A DNA stretch of 64,000 bases from assembly GCA_041583495.1 (NCBI GenBank), contig JBFHFS010000008.1, positions 36,421 to 100,420 of the forward strand, read 5' to 3'. The notes beneath the pieces are model-generated. The model did no database searches. It saw only the letters and a list, made by a program, of their open reading frames with translations, and had not been told where the DNA came from. Every line of letters begins with the position of its first letter. The stretch's first letter is position 1. Source of the DNA: Marinilabiliaceae bacterium (GTDB lineage: Bacteria; Bacteroidota; Bacteroidia; Bacteroidales; Marinilabiliaceae). The position numbers and the translations under genes were made by a program. Shown in pieces: positions 28,478 through 37,129 of this stretch.

Positions 28478-29314
28478 TCAACTAAAAATAGCCGAATCAA
28501 CATTTATCTCAATCGAATCAATAACCCTTTTGGCAGCGGTTCGTCCTATTTCGTCGTCTGCCTGATAGACAACCATAACCTGCCAGAGAATTAATCCTTT
28601 TGAAAATCCGGTGTTAATATATTCTACACCAAGTCCATCCTGGTTGTAGGTGCCTTTTTGTATAAACCCGGGAATATCATTTTTATTCAGGGCTTCTTCG
28701 GAATAGTCAAAATCGGTGACCCCTTTTTGCTTTTTCATTTCGTTTACCGAACCATCTGCGGCGCCTTGTAAATTGACCTCTCCAATGGAAGGATTATATT
28801 TCAGGCTGTTTATAATGACTTTAAAGCCTTTGTTGGACACATAATTATAAACATCCATCTGGTCTATGATCTGCTTAATGTTTTCAGGAATGGGTAAATC
28901 CCCTTTGGTCATCTTTTCAGGCGTTTCAACCGTTAACCCGAAGCTCCCATAGGTCCCTTTAATCCACTCCCGGGCTAATATCTCCTTCGATGTTTTTTCC
29001 GATTTAAAATACCTGGCAATCGATTCTCCACCAAACTGTCCCAGGGCATAAAAAATGGCAAATGTTACCGCAAAGGCAATCCAATACTTTGATTTCCGGG
29101 ATTTTGGTTTGGGTTTAACAGGACTATTTTGAACAGCCTCCTGGGTGAGGCACGCCAATTGCTTAAACTCATTGAAGGTCTTATCCGGATTCCTCTTTTT
29201 CCAGGCGGTAAAATTGTTCTCAAGTTTCTTGTCACATTTCGAACAGAATATTAAATACTCACTCTTAACCTCGTTAAGGTGTCCACAGTTAATACATTTC
29301 AGGTAGTGTGTCAT
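28478..29314 (-). CDS. Membrane-anchored hypothetical protein with N-terminal zinc-ribbon
   Basis: CINCGHLNEVKSEYLIFCSKC (CxxC-x13-CxxC), one TM helix (YWIAFAVTFAIFYALGQFGG) and an extracytoplasmic domain of about 180 aa with unknown fold. Confidence 0.5.
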   Translation of the reverse strand: MTHYLKCINCGHLNEVKSEYLIFCSKCDKKLENNFTAWKKRNPDKTFNEFKQLACLTQEAVQNSPVKPKPKSRKSKYWIAFAVTFAIFYALGQFGGESIARYFKSEKTSKEILAREWIKGTYGSFGLTVETPEKMTKGDLPIPENIKQIIDQMDVYNYVSNKGFKVIINSLKYNPSIGEVNLQGAADGSVNEMKKQKGVTDFDYSEEALNKNDIPGFIQKGTYNQDGLGVEYINTGFSKGLILWQVMVVYQADDEIGRTAAKRVIDSIEINVDSAIFS

Positions 29315-29680
29315 CTAATTTTAGTCTTAATCATTTTTTAATGGGAGGGAAGGTGATCTCATGATGCGCCTTAGGGCGGAATAAAAATAATTATATTTAG
29401 ATTGAATTTTTTAATCCCAGGTAGATTTTTTTGGGGGGATTGTGGAATCGGCATCTTTTTTTTATTCTGCTGTTTTGGTGTTTGGGAGATTCGCTAAGAT
29501 GTTTGTATTCAGATTGTTGTCGGTGGTTTAGACCATCGGTCGAAAAGTCATGGATATGGTTTAATCTTTTTACCCGGGGCAGAAACACTGAATTTTAAAT
29601 AGGTTAACTTGTAAACAGATTTCCTGTTTGGGCCCCAATTGTTTTCCCCGGAACCCTGTCGAATAAAGGATTTCTTTTGG

Positions 29681-30538
29681 TTATTGTTGCAATACCTCCT
29701 CTTGTATGATGGGCTCAGCCTGGGATGGTGTTGAAAGTTGCAGGGGAACAAAATGTTGTTGTATGGTGTCGGTCGAGATTTCCCAAAGCCTAAAACCAAA
29801 CGGTCTTTGGTCAAAATTTCTGCTGGTGGTTTCCCCACTGACCAGTTGTATGTTTTTAAAATGGTTGATGACCACTTCATGGGTGTGCCCCGACAAGTAG
29901 GCAACCACATTGTTTTGAAGAAATAGATCGATCAGCTCCTGCCTTTTGTCTTCCGGAAGGTTGAAGTAATGCTCTTCTTCCTGAGCGGACTTGGTAAACA
30001 GAGGATAATGTCCAATCACAAATACGGGGTAAGACTTGAGTCTTTGATTCTGCAGGGTTTCTTTGAACCAGTTGTCCTGTTTTTCCGATTCAGCCCCAAT
30101 ATCGGATTTCCATAATTGTGAGTTGGTTACGATAAAGGAATACCCTTTATGGTCAAAATCATAATAATCTTTGCCGATGGTTTCCCGGTAATAGCTTAGA
30201 GTGGTTTCGTTTGGTATATTGCCTATGTCATGATTGCCGGGAGCTGAGTAACAGGGCATTTTTAATGCACTCGTGATTCCAAGAAAATCGGAATAAGAAC
30301 TGTCGCCTGGATTATTTACCAGGTCGCCGCAAATGACCACAAAATCAGGATTGAGCGCATTGATTTGTTCGACTGCCTGTTTGAAATTTATTAAATCTTG
30401 TTCGTAGCTTTTCTCATTAAATCCTAACTGAGTATCACACAGTTGAACAAAAGTGAAGGTTTTTTGTATTGGCCGGCTACAGGCAACGTTTAGCAAGAGT
30501 AGGGCAATCAGGGCATATCTGTTGAAACGATAATTCAT
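29681..30538 (-). CDS. Secreted metallophosphoesterase (calcineurin-like)
   Basis: Motifs QLCDTQLG, ICGDLVNN, GNHD, VIGHYP and GHTHE. Confidence 0.85.
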   Translation of the reverse strand: MNYRFNRYALIALLLLNVACSRPIQKTFTFVQLCDTQLGFNEKSYEQDLINFKQAVEQINALNPDFVVICGDLVNNPGDSSYSDFLGITSALKMPCYSAPGNHDIGNIPNETTLSYYRETIGKDYYDFDHKGYSFIVTNSQLWKSDIGAESEKQDNWFKETLQNQRLKSYPVFVIGHYPLFTKSAQEEEHYFNLPEDKRQELIDLFLQNNVVAYLSGHTHEVVINHFKNIQLVSGETTSRNFDQRPFGFRLWEISTDTIQQHFVPLQLSTPSQAEPIIQEEVLQQ

Positions 30539-30652
30539 GTTGGCTTTTTGAGATATGTTTATTTTTAAAAAACTGGTCCATAAACAGAATCAAAAATACA
30601 GAACTAACCCTTATCTCTCAAATAAATCAGAGAGTATCTTCTTAAAATCCTT

Positions 30653-31651
30653 TCATTTAGCCAGGAAGGTCTTTAGGGGTTCAATGAACTTTTCGAAGCT
30701 CTCAATGTGGGGTAGATGGCCGATGTCTTCAATTTCGACCAATTCGCTGTTGGGAATGGTTTTTTGGGTTAGCTTGCCAAGGTGGTTATATAAGCCCATG
30801 GTTTTTCTTATGCTTTCCGCTACCAGTGGTTTCCCTAGCGCGGTCCTGTCGCGGGTGCCGATAATTAAAAGTGTGGGGCATTTTAGGTTTTTAAACTCGT
30901 AAAGGACGGGTTGTGTGAAAATCATGTCATAGGTTAATGCCGCATTCCAGGCTATCTTTGTATATTCCGAATTCAGGGTCCAGCCGGCCAAAAGATTAAC
31001 CCAACGGTCATAATCGGGTCTCCATTTCCCATCGTAATAATTTTCTAACTGATAGGCTTTGATGCCTTCATAGCTCTTCTTTAATTCCGATTTATACCAC
31101 CAGTCAACCGACTGATAGGGCACAACCAGCTTCCAGTCTTCCAGGCCAATCGGGTTTTCTAAAATTAATTTTTCGGTGATTTCGGGGTACATCAAGGCAA
31201 AGCGTGTAGCCAGCATTCCACCCATCGAATGGCCTAAAACGGCCGTTTTGGTGATGCTTAGATGGTCCAGGATGGCTTTGGTGTTTTTTGCCAATTCCTG
31301 AAATGAATATTGATAATGATCGGGCTTAGAGGACTTTCCAAAGCCAATCTGGTCGGGAACAATCACCCGGTAACCTTCTGCTTTTAAGGCTTTAATGGTT
31401 GATTCCCAATAGGCTCCGTTAAAATTCTTGCCGTGCAAAAGCAGAATCGTTTTTCCATTGTGGTTGTCTGGCTTGACATCCATATAAGCCATCACCAGGG
31501 ATTGGTGCTGTGTGGTTACCGATAAAAAGTCTACCTGGAAGGGATATTTGTAATTGTTGAGCCTTAGATCCAGCCATTGTAAAGAATCTTTCTGAGCGAA
31601 GGTGGTCAGGAAGATGAGCATAAAAAACAGGATGAATTTAATTCTTGTCAT
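30653..31651 (-). CDS. Secreted alpha/beta hydrolase
   Basis: Signal peptide, HG oxyanion region LLLHGKNF and nucleophile elbow GHSMGG. Confidence 0.8.
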   Translation of the reverse strand: MTRIKFILFFMLIFLTTFAQKDSLQWLDLRLNNYKYPFQVDFLSVTTQHQSLVMAYMDVKPDNHNGKTILLLHGKNFNGAYWESTIKALKAEGYRVIVPDQIGFGKSSKPDHYQYSFQELAKNTKAILDHLSITKTAVLGHSMGGMLATRFALMYPEITEKLILENPIGLEDWKLVVPYQSVDWWYKSELKKSYEGIKAYQLENYYDGKWRPDYDRWVNLLAGWTLNSEYTKIAWNAALTYDMIFTQPVLYEFKNLKCPTLLIIGTRDRTALGKPLVAESIRKTMGLYNHLGKLTQKTIPNSELVEIEDIGHLPHIESFEKFIEPLKTFLAK

Positions 31652-31825
31652 TGGATAAAAATATTTGGATGAGTTACTTTTTTGCCGTAGCCAGAGTGGT
31701 GGCTACCATCATTTACAATAACCCATAATTCTCTATTAAGTTCACCTCCCATTGGTCTCAGACCTGGCCCGGATTAGGTAAAAAATTACCCGGTGAGGGC
31801 TAAGTAATTATTTCTCTGATATTTC

Positions 31826-32731
31826 TCAGCTCATTAATCCACTTTTCTTCATCCAGTCAAAAAGGGGTTTCATCCATTCATAGGTGGGTAACTTTAACAC
31901 GAAGCCATGGTTGCCTTTTGGGTAGAGGTGCATCTCGGCCGGTACTTTATGCTGGATTAGTTGCTGGTAAAAGCGTATGCTGTTTTCAACGGGGACCACT
32001 GTATCGTCACCGGCATGGGTCAGCCAGGTGGGAGGGGTATTGGGACCTACGTGGAGTTCGTTGGAAAAGAGATTCTTCTGTTCCTGGGACGGAGCTGGGC
32101 CCAGAAGATTTGTACGTGATCCGGAGTGGGTAACTTCATCCTGCATCATGATGACGGGATAGACCAATATCATAAAATCGGGTCTCAGATTCACCTGCTC
32201 ATCGTTGGGGATATACGATTTCTGGAAGTGCGTTCCGGCCGTGGAGGCTAAATGCCCGCCGGCGGAGAATCCCATGATGCCTATTTTTGTGGGATTTAAT
32301 TGCCATTCCTGAGCCCGTTGACGTACGATTTTTATTGCCTGTTGCGCATCTTGCAGGGGGCCTATGGCTTTGTTGGGCATGATGGAATCATCAGGCAGGC
32401 GGTATTTCAGGATAAAAGCAGCGATGCCCTGGCTAAGAAAGGCCTCTGCAATAATGGTGCCTTCGCGCCAATAGCTTTCTCCCGTGTAGCCGCCTCCCGG
32501 ACAGATAATCACACCCGCTCCTGTTGCATTGGCTTTTGGCGGAAGAAATAGGGTCAGGGTTGGATGGGATATCTGTTTAATCCATGAAACGCGGCCGTTT
32601 TCCATTTTGGTTGTTTCCTGGTCAGGATAGGGGCGACTGTTGGGGATGGCGCCCGGATAGAGGTCAATGATTTGTTGGGCTTCTGCAGTCAGCGAAAAAA
32701 GGAGCGTGAGGATCAAGAGGTAGGTTTTCAT
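31826..32731 (-). CDS. Secreted alpha/beta hydrolase-fold esterase (carbohydrate/acetyl esterase-like)
   Basis: CPGGGY oxyanion motif and GFSAGGH nucleophile elbow, with a C-terminal His region GNHGF. Confidence 0.8.
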   Translation of the reverse strand: MKTYLLILTLLFSLTAEAQQIIDLYPGAIPNSRPYPDQETTKMENGRVSWIKQISHPTLTLFLPPKANATGAGVIICPGGGYTGESYWREGTIIAEAFLSQGIAAFILKYRLPDDSIMPNKAIGPLQDAQQAIKIVRQRAQEWQLNPTKIGIMGFSAGGHLASTAGTHFQKSYIPNDEQVNLRPDFMILVYPVIMMQDEVTHSGSRTNLLGPAPSQEQKNLFSNELHVGPNTPPTWLTHAGDDTVVPVENSIRFYQQLIQHKVPAEMHLYPKGNHGFVLKLPTYEWMKPLFDWMKKSGLMS

Positions 32732-33114
32732 GGGTTTGGGTTTAATTATTTTGTGGTTTTATTAGATCTTTGAGCATCGTTGCCCGCTGGCTGGTATTTG
32801 GGAATATGTGATTGGGACATTTCCAAATCCTGGGTGCTGAATTCAAACCTTTCACTCAGATATTTGAATCTGTCTTCGGTGCTCTCAATTATTTACCTTC
32901 TAATATGCGTAAATTTTCCTCAATTTCAAGAATATCTTTCACCGTTTTGAATCCAAAAATGGGTGGTCTGATACGAGGGGGGAAATGAGATATTGTTAAT
33001 TGAATTTCTTGTCTTTTTTAATGATTCCTTATTTACCATAGCGGAATAAATTTGAGATGGATTAGATCTCAAGGAGTTTAATGATTGCTTATGCCTCTTG
33101 TCAGGAGCCTGGAA

Positions 33115-34071
33115 TTAATGTAAAAATAGCGCCAGACCATAAAAATTGGTATCTGGATTCTCATTCTTGTAAAAGATGGAAGCATTTAAGTGTTTCTTTA
33201 TTGAATATTGAATGCCTGCCCAAAGGACCTTTTGAGGTTGTGTATTTATCGATTTTTTGTTCAAATCGTATCGGGTAAAGAGCAATATGTTTTTGAAGCG
33301 TAAATAATTTCCAAAGACTGAGAACCCAATCTGATCCTGACTTTCCGGGTTATTATGGCTGCTTTTTTTTGCGGCTTCTATTCCAAAACGGGCTTCCTTT
33401 ATTTGTTTGCTTAAAAAGAGGGAAAGTATATGTTCGTGGTTGGTGTTCAGAGAGATACAGTTGAAAAGTCTGATGGTGCAAAAAACCGTTTGAAGGGTTT
33501 GTCCTGTCATGAATTGATATTTCTTTGAGGAGTCCTTAATTGGGGTATAATATCCGGAAGTAAAAGCTATATCATACCAAAAACGTTCCGCCACGGTGTG
33601 TTTTAGTAAAATTCCAATGTTCCGATTTTCCCCATAGTCAAAGTAATTTTGGAATGTTTTGCTGACGTACCTTAATTGCCATATTTTTCGTGGGTATTTA
33701 AATTGTTCCGAAACAAGCAATCCTGCCAAAAGGGACAATCCTTGTTGTTGATATTGCAAATAGGCTCTTTTTATATAGGGTGTTCGTTGGTAGATTTCAT
33801 TATTATCTTTTACATAAGTGTCTCCGGCAAGGCAAAAATTCCATCTCTTGAAAAAATGTTGATTGTAAACAATCAATGTTCTATTTAAGTCGTATTTTTC
33901 TGTTAAGGGTTTTGATGCCTCGTGGTAAAAGCCGGCCTTGGCAAAAACCTGAAAATTTATGGAATAGTTTTTTCCTTTTACCGAATCCTGTTGCGCATTG
34001 GTATTGTGGGCATATAAAAAGGAAAGCAGCAGAAGAGACAAAATTCTTCTGCTGCTTTCCATCGGTCTCAT
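33115..34071 (-). CDS. Hypothetical outer-membrane, porin-like beta-barrel protein
   Basis: Signal SSRRILSLLLLSFLYAHNTNAQ. It is rich in aromatic-terminated amphipathic strands and has no hydrophobic helices. My preferred start is ATG 34071; the ORF-track start at 34095 would overlap the TauE stop by 14 nt. Confidence 0.45.
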   Translation of the reverse strand: MRPMESSRRILSLLLLSFLYAHNTNAQQDSVKGKNYSINFQVFAKAGFYHEASKPLTEKYDLNRTLIVYNQHFFKRWNFCLAGDTYVKDNNEIYQRTPYIKRAYLQYQQQGLSLLAGLLVSEQFKYPRKIWQLRYVSKTFQNYFDYGENRNIGILLKHTVAERFWYDIAFTSGYYTPIKDSSKKYQFMTGQTLQTVFCTIRLFNCISLNTNHEHILSLFLSKQIKEARFGIEAAKKSSHNNPESQDQIGFSVFGNYLRFKNILLFTRYDLNKKSINTQPQKVLWAGIQYSIKKHLNASIFYKNENPDTNFYGLALFLH

Positions 34072-34081
34072 GTTCTTTAGA

Positions 34082-34861
34082 TTATTGTAAAACATTAATA
34101 ATCATTATTACAGATGCCACCAGTTGAGTGCCTGCAAATAGGTATTTCAGGTTTTTGGGTTTCGAGTTCAGAGCCATTTTGGCCCCTAAAAATCCACCAA
34201 TCAAGCCAGCTGCCGCAAGAGGTATCGCCAGGTGAGGAAGAAAAATCCCTGCACCAAGATGCCCAAAAAATCCTGCTGCCGCCGAAATGGTAACCAGGGT
34301 GGTAGAGGTACCCACAGCGATATGCATGGGCACACTCATGGTGAGCAGCATTAAAGGCACCAGAAAGGAGCCCCCCGAAACACCCACCATCCCGGAGATA
34401 AATCCGGTGAGTAACACAATGGGGATGGTTACCAACAGGTTGACATGGTATTCTTCCCCATTCGATTTCAATGAAACAATCCAATTACGGTCACTCTTAA
34501 GATGTTGTTTGGGCTTTCGTAACATAAGCAGCGCCGCCAGAAACATCACTACTGCAAAAACCCCTTTAAGCAACTTTTCGTTGAAATACTGACCAAAATA
34601 ACCACCACTCAAGGCGGATACAAATATTAAGCTTCCCAGCAGGATGGTTAACTTCCAGTGATTCATCTTTTGCTTACTGAAAAGAATGGTGGCCATCAGT
34701 GATGAACACATTAAAATAAACTGACCTGTTGAAGCCGAAATGTTCATGCCAATACCAGACAAAACCAGAGCTAAAACATAAAAATTTCCACCACCTCTTC
34801 CTGTCATCGTCATGATAAATGCAATAAGCAAAATAACGACCGCTAATAAATAAACATTCAT
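34082..34861 (-). CDS. Sulfite exporter TauE/SafE family membrane protein
   Basis: 259 aa with about 8 hydrophobic helices. It shows the two-half internal repeat and Gly-rich helices (MTGRGGGNFYV..., GMVGVSGGSFLVPLM) typical of TauE/SafE. Confidence 0.75.
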   Translation of the reverse strand: MNVYLLAVVILLIAFIMTMTGRGGGNFYVLALVLSGIGMNISASTGQFILMCSSLMATILFSKQKMNHWKLTILLGSLIFVSALSGGYFGQYFNEKLLKGVFAVVMFLAALLMLRKPKQHLKSDRNWIVSLKSNGEEYHVNLLVTIPIVLLTGFISGMVGVSGGSFLVPLMLLTMSVPMHIAVGTSTTLVTISAAAGFFGHLGAGIFLPHLAIPLAAAGLIGGFLGAKMALNSKPKNLKYLFAGTQLVASVIMIINVLQ

Positions 34862-34864
34862 GCC

Positions 34865-35254
34865 TTAGTTATTGAGTTTTTTATAGAGTTTGCCGGGCAT
34901 TACCGCTGCCATCAAAGGAGGATAGCCCCCGAGGATGATTTTGACATCTTTATAGCCTTTACTTTTCAGGTAAACAAAAATGATGGTTGCCCTTACTCCT
35001 GCTGAACAAAAAACACCAATGGTTTTATCCCTGGGGATTTCGTTTATCCTTTCTGGAATTTCATTGGTGGGTATCTCAATGACTTGGCAGTGATGCGAGA
35101 GAGAAAGCTTAATCGTTTCCTGCTCTTCCTTTGCTCTTACATCTAAAAAAATGGTGTTCCCGGCAGAAAGAAATTTTTCTACTTCCACCTTGTGTTCTCC
35201 GTTGCCAAAGTATTGGAAATCCATTTCACTAATTGTTTTTTCTAAATCATTCAT
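34865..35254 (-). CDS. Single-domain rhodanese (sulfurtransferase)
   Basis: LDVRAKEE...IP and the catalytic loop FCSAGVRA (Cys-x4-Arg). The stop is 3 nt from the TauE start. Confidence 0.8.
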   Translation of the reverse strand: MNDLEKTISEMDFQYFGNGEHKVEVEKFLSAGNTIFLDVRAKEEQETIKLSLSHHCQVIEIPTNEIPERINEIPRDKTIGVFCSAGVRATIIFVYLKSKGYKDVKIILGGYPPLMAAVMPGKLYKKLNN

Positions 35255-35317
35255 TTGTGTTGTTTTAAGTTATGTTTCCTGGAAAATGTGGATTTCTGTT
35301 TTTTGCGAATGAAAATC

Positions 35318-36154
35318 TTACCTTTTATCCATTAATTGATAATGAATATCCCCAAATAGTTTGTGGGCTACCGACTTCTCATGACAGGAGGTACAGTTCA
35401 TCTTTCCTGTAGTATTCCCTAATTTGCCATGACCTCCGTGGCATGCCAGGCATTCATTTACTGTTTCATTATCCTGGTAACTGGTTATAAAGGTATGGTT
35501 GAAATACGTGTTGAGCATTTCAACGGTATGAGCAGCTACATCAGCGGTTAATCGTCGGCAACGTTCTGTGCGCTCTTTGCTGTCTATTCTGTATCCGGCT
35601 TTTTTCCCCCATTTGGTAGTTGAGGCATGACAAAGTATCGATTCTGAGGTAGAAGTAATTGGTGTGAAATCTAAGGTTGGGTCAGTAGGGGTATAAATAG
35701 GGAAGGCATTGGTTTCGTACCAGCGAAATAACTCAGCTGTAAGAATATCCCTGGTGTTTTTATCGTTGATCAGTAATCCAAATATGGCAGAAGCCCCGTT
35801 TAAACTGCCACAGATGGTTCCTGCACCACCAACACCTCCGTGGCCATATTTCATCATATGAACGGGAAAGGAGGTATAGGGTTCTCCAAATTTTTCGCTT
35901 AGTTGAGCAATAATGCTGCTAAAAACACCATACATACAACTCCCTATATTGTAATTTTTGTAGGCTTGAGCGGATGTTATGTCAGGATCCAGAATCGTAT
36001 AGTTCCATTGAGTTTCGGCATTGTTGGGTTCTACCTTTATAGGGGAAGGGGTAGAAGCCTTTTCGGGTTTAAATGCATTGGTCAGTGTCCCAATTCCTGC
36101 TGTTCCGGCAACAATTGCACCTGCTGCCACTTTGATAGCGTTTCGTCTGTTCAT
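35318..36154 (-). CDS. TAT-exported C_GCAxxG_C_C-family redox protein with C-terminal dihaem (2 x CxxCH) region; split-Soret cytochrome c-like
   Basis: Twin-arginine signal MNRRNAIKVAAGAIVAG. The motifs are GSCMYGV...GGAGTICGSLNGASAIFG (C_GCAxxG_C_C-type) and two haem-c motifs, CLACH and CTSCH, 17 residues apart near the C-terminus. Confidence 0.65.
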   Translation of the reverse strand: MNRRNAIKVAAGAIVAGTAGIGTLTNAFKPEKASTPSPIKVEPNNAETQWNYTILDPDITSAQAYKNYNIGSCMYGVFSSIIAQLSEKFGEPYTSFPVHMMKYGHGGVGGAGTICGSLNGASAIFGLLINDKNTRDILTAELFRWYETNAFPIYTPTDPTLDFTPITSTSESILCHASTTKWGKKAGYRIDSKERTERCRRLTADVAAHTVEMLNTYFNHTFITSYQDNETVNECLACHGGHGKLGNTTGKMNCTSCHEKSVAHKLFGDIHYQLMDKR

Positions 36155-36225
36155 TTTTGGGTTAGTTTGGAAGTTGGCATAATAGCCAAATTGACAGTGA
36201 AAAAATTTTTGGTGATGAAATAAAT

Positions 36226-36522
36226 TTATAATTTCTTGTTAATGACTCGGGTTGCACAACTCATAAAATCAAGCACACAGGGAATGGCTAAACGATAATA
36301 GATGAAGTTTTTATCTTTTTCTCCTTCAATTATTTTGTGCTTTTTAAGGATGTCAAGATGTTTAGACATGGTTGATATATCAATGCCAACTGTTTCGGTG
36401 AGCTCTTTTACCGACAACTTTTTATCGTTCACCGCATGAATAATATACAAGCGGGTGGGATGTGCCAGGGCTTTGAAGATCTCAGCCTTTTCTAAATATT
36501 CCTTTTCAATAGCTTTGTTCAT
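36226..36522 (-). CDS. ArsR/SmtB-family transcriptional regulator
   Basis: IFKALAHPTRLYIIHAV...LSVKELTE.VGIDISTMSKHLDILKKHKII is the wHTH core. A C-terminal Cys pair is present (PCVLDFMSC). I prefer ATG 36522 (98 aa); the ORF-track start at 36624 is a TTG. Confidence 0.8.
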   Translation of the reverse strand: MNKAIEKEYLEKAEIFKALAHPTRLYIIHAVNDKKLSVKELTETVGIDISTMSKHLDILKKHKIIEGEKDKNFIYYRLAIPCVLDFMSCATRVINKKL

Positions 36523-36570
36523 AATTCCTGCTTTTAAGTATTGATTGCTTTTTTCGGTATCATTTTTTTC

Positions 36571-36592
36571 GTTTATTCTATCGAAAATAAAC
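36571..36592. promoter_or_regulatory. Inverted repeat GTTTATT-N8-AATAAAC, candidate ArsR operator
   Basis: It has perfect 7-bp arms and lies 49-70 nt upstream of the ArsR ATG at 36522. ArsR/SmtB operators are AT-rich dyads near their own promoter. Confidence 0.3.
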
Positions 36593-36730
36593 AGGGTCGC
36601 GGCATTAAATGGTAAATGTTTCAAATACGATTTCGGTTATTTGGTCAGGATAGAATATTTTTTTATTCTCCCCACTTGTACTGTTCTGGTGAAGGTATTT
36701 CTTCAATGGCATCAAAAATAATGTGCTTGT

Positions 36731-36768
36731 CTATTTGGCAAAATTACCAAATAGAATTTAATTGCCAA
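36731..36768. promoter_or_regulatory. Dyad CTATTTGG-N8-CCAAATAG plus flanking TTGGCAA/TTGCCAA inverted pair, overlapping a minus-strand TAATTTTG (-7-like) box
   Basis: The perfect 8-bp arms are at 36731-36738 and 36747-36754. TTGGCAA lies at 36735-36741 and TTGCCAA at 36762-36768. The minus strand reads TAATTTTG across 36746-36739, which matches TAnnTTTG. Confidence 0.3.
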
Positions 36769-37129
36769 AAAATATCATCTTTTTTAAGGGGTGCAGTATT
36801 TTGCTTTGGTGGTAAGGGTGAGTATGGTCATCTTTACAAAGTCCGTAGCCATTATTCCGGACAATTCAGTTTGCCTGATTCATAAAAATCCCTAACCCAT
36901 AGGTTGGGTGGCAGAATTTATTCAATGGTTAATTAAATCCTTCCTTTCGGCTGTGAAGGGCGCAACCCAGTGCCCCCATGATCTTGGGCTCTTCGGGGAC
37001 CAGCACGGGAAGATTAGATCGTAGGGAGGTAATGGAATCCCGACAGAACTCCTGGTTCAGCTCAAAAGGATTTGCAATGGGTGATGGGCAACGTGAGATT
37101 TCTTTTATCCGGATGGTTACCCACAGGCG

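Noticed and set aside
32875-32990. Minus-strand 36-codon open stretch ending ...FGFKTVKDILEIEENLRILEGK*, which reads like a protein C-terminus. It might be a gene remnant in the 383-bp gap.
   Set aside because: It has no start codon, is very short, and I cannot tie it to a family. The evidence is insufficient to call a pseudogene.
32761-33069. ATTAGATCT occurring exactly 300 bp apart (32761-32769 and 33061-33069) at the left edge of the AT-rich block. I considered these as possible att sites or target-site duplications.
   Set aside because: The match is only 9 bp, and six of those are the palindrome AGATCT. There is no matching copy at the right boundary (38767-39216), no integrase or transposase, and no terminal inverted repeats.
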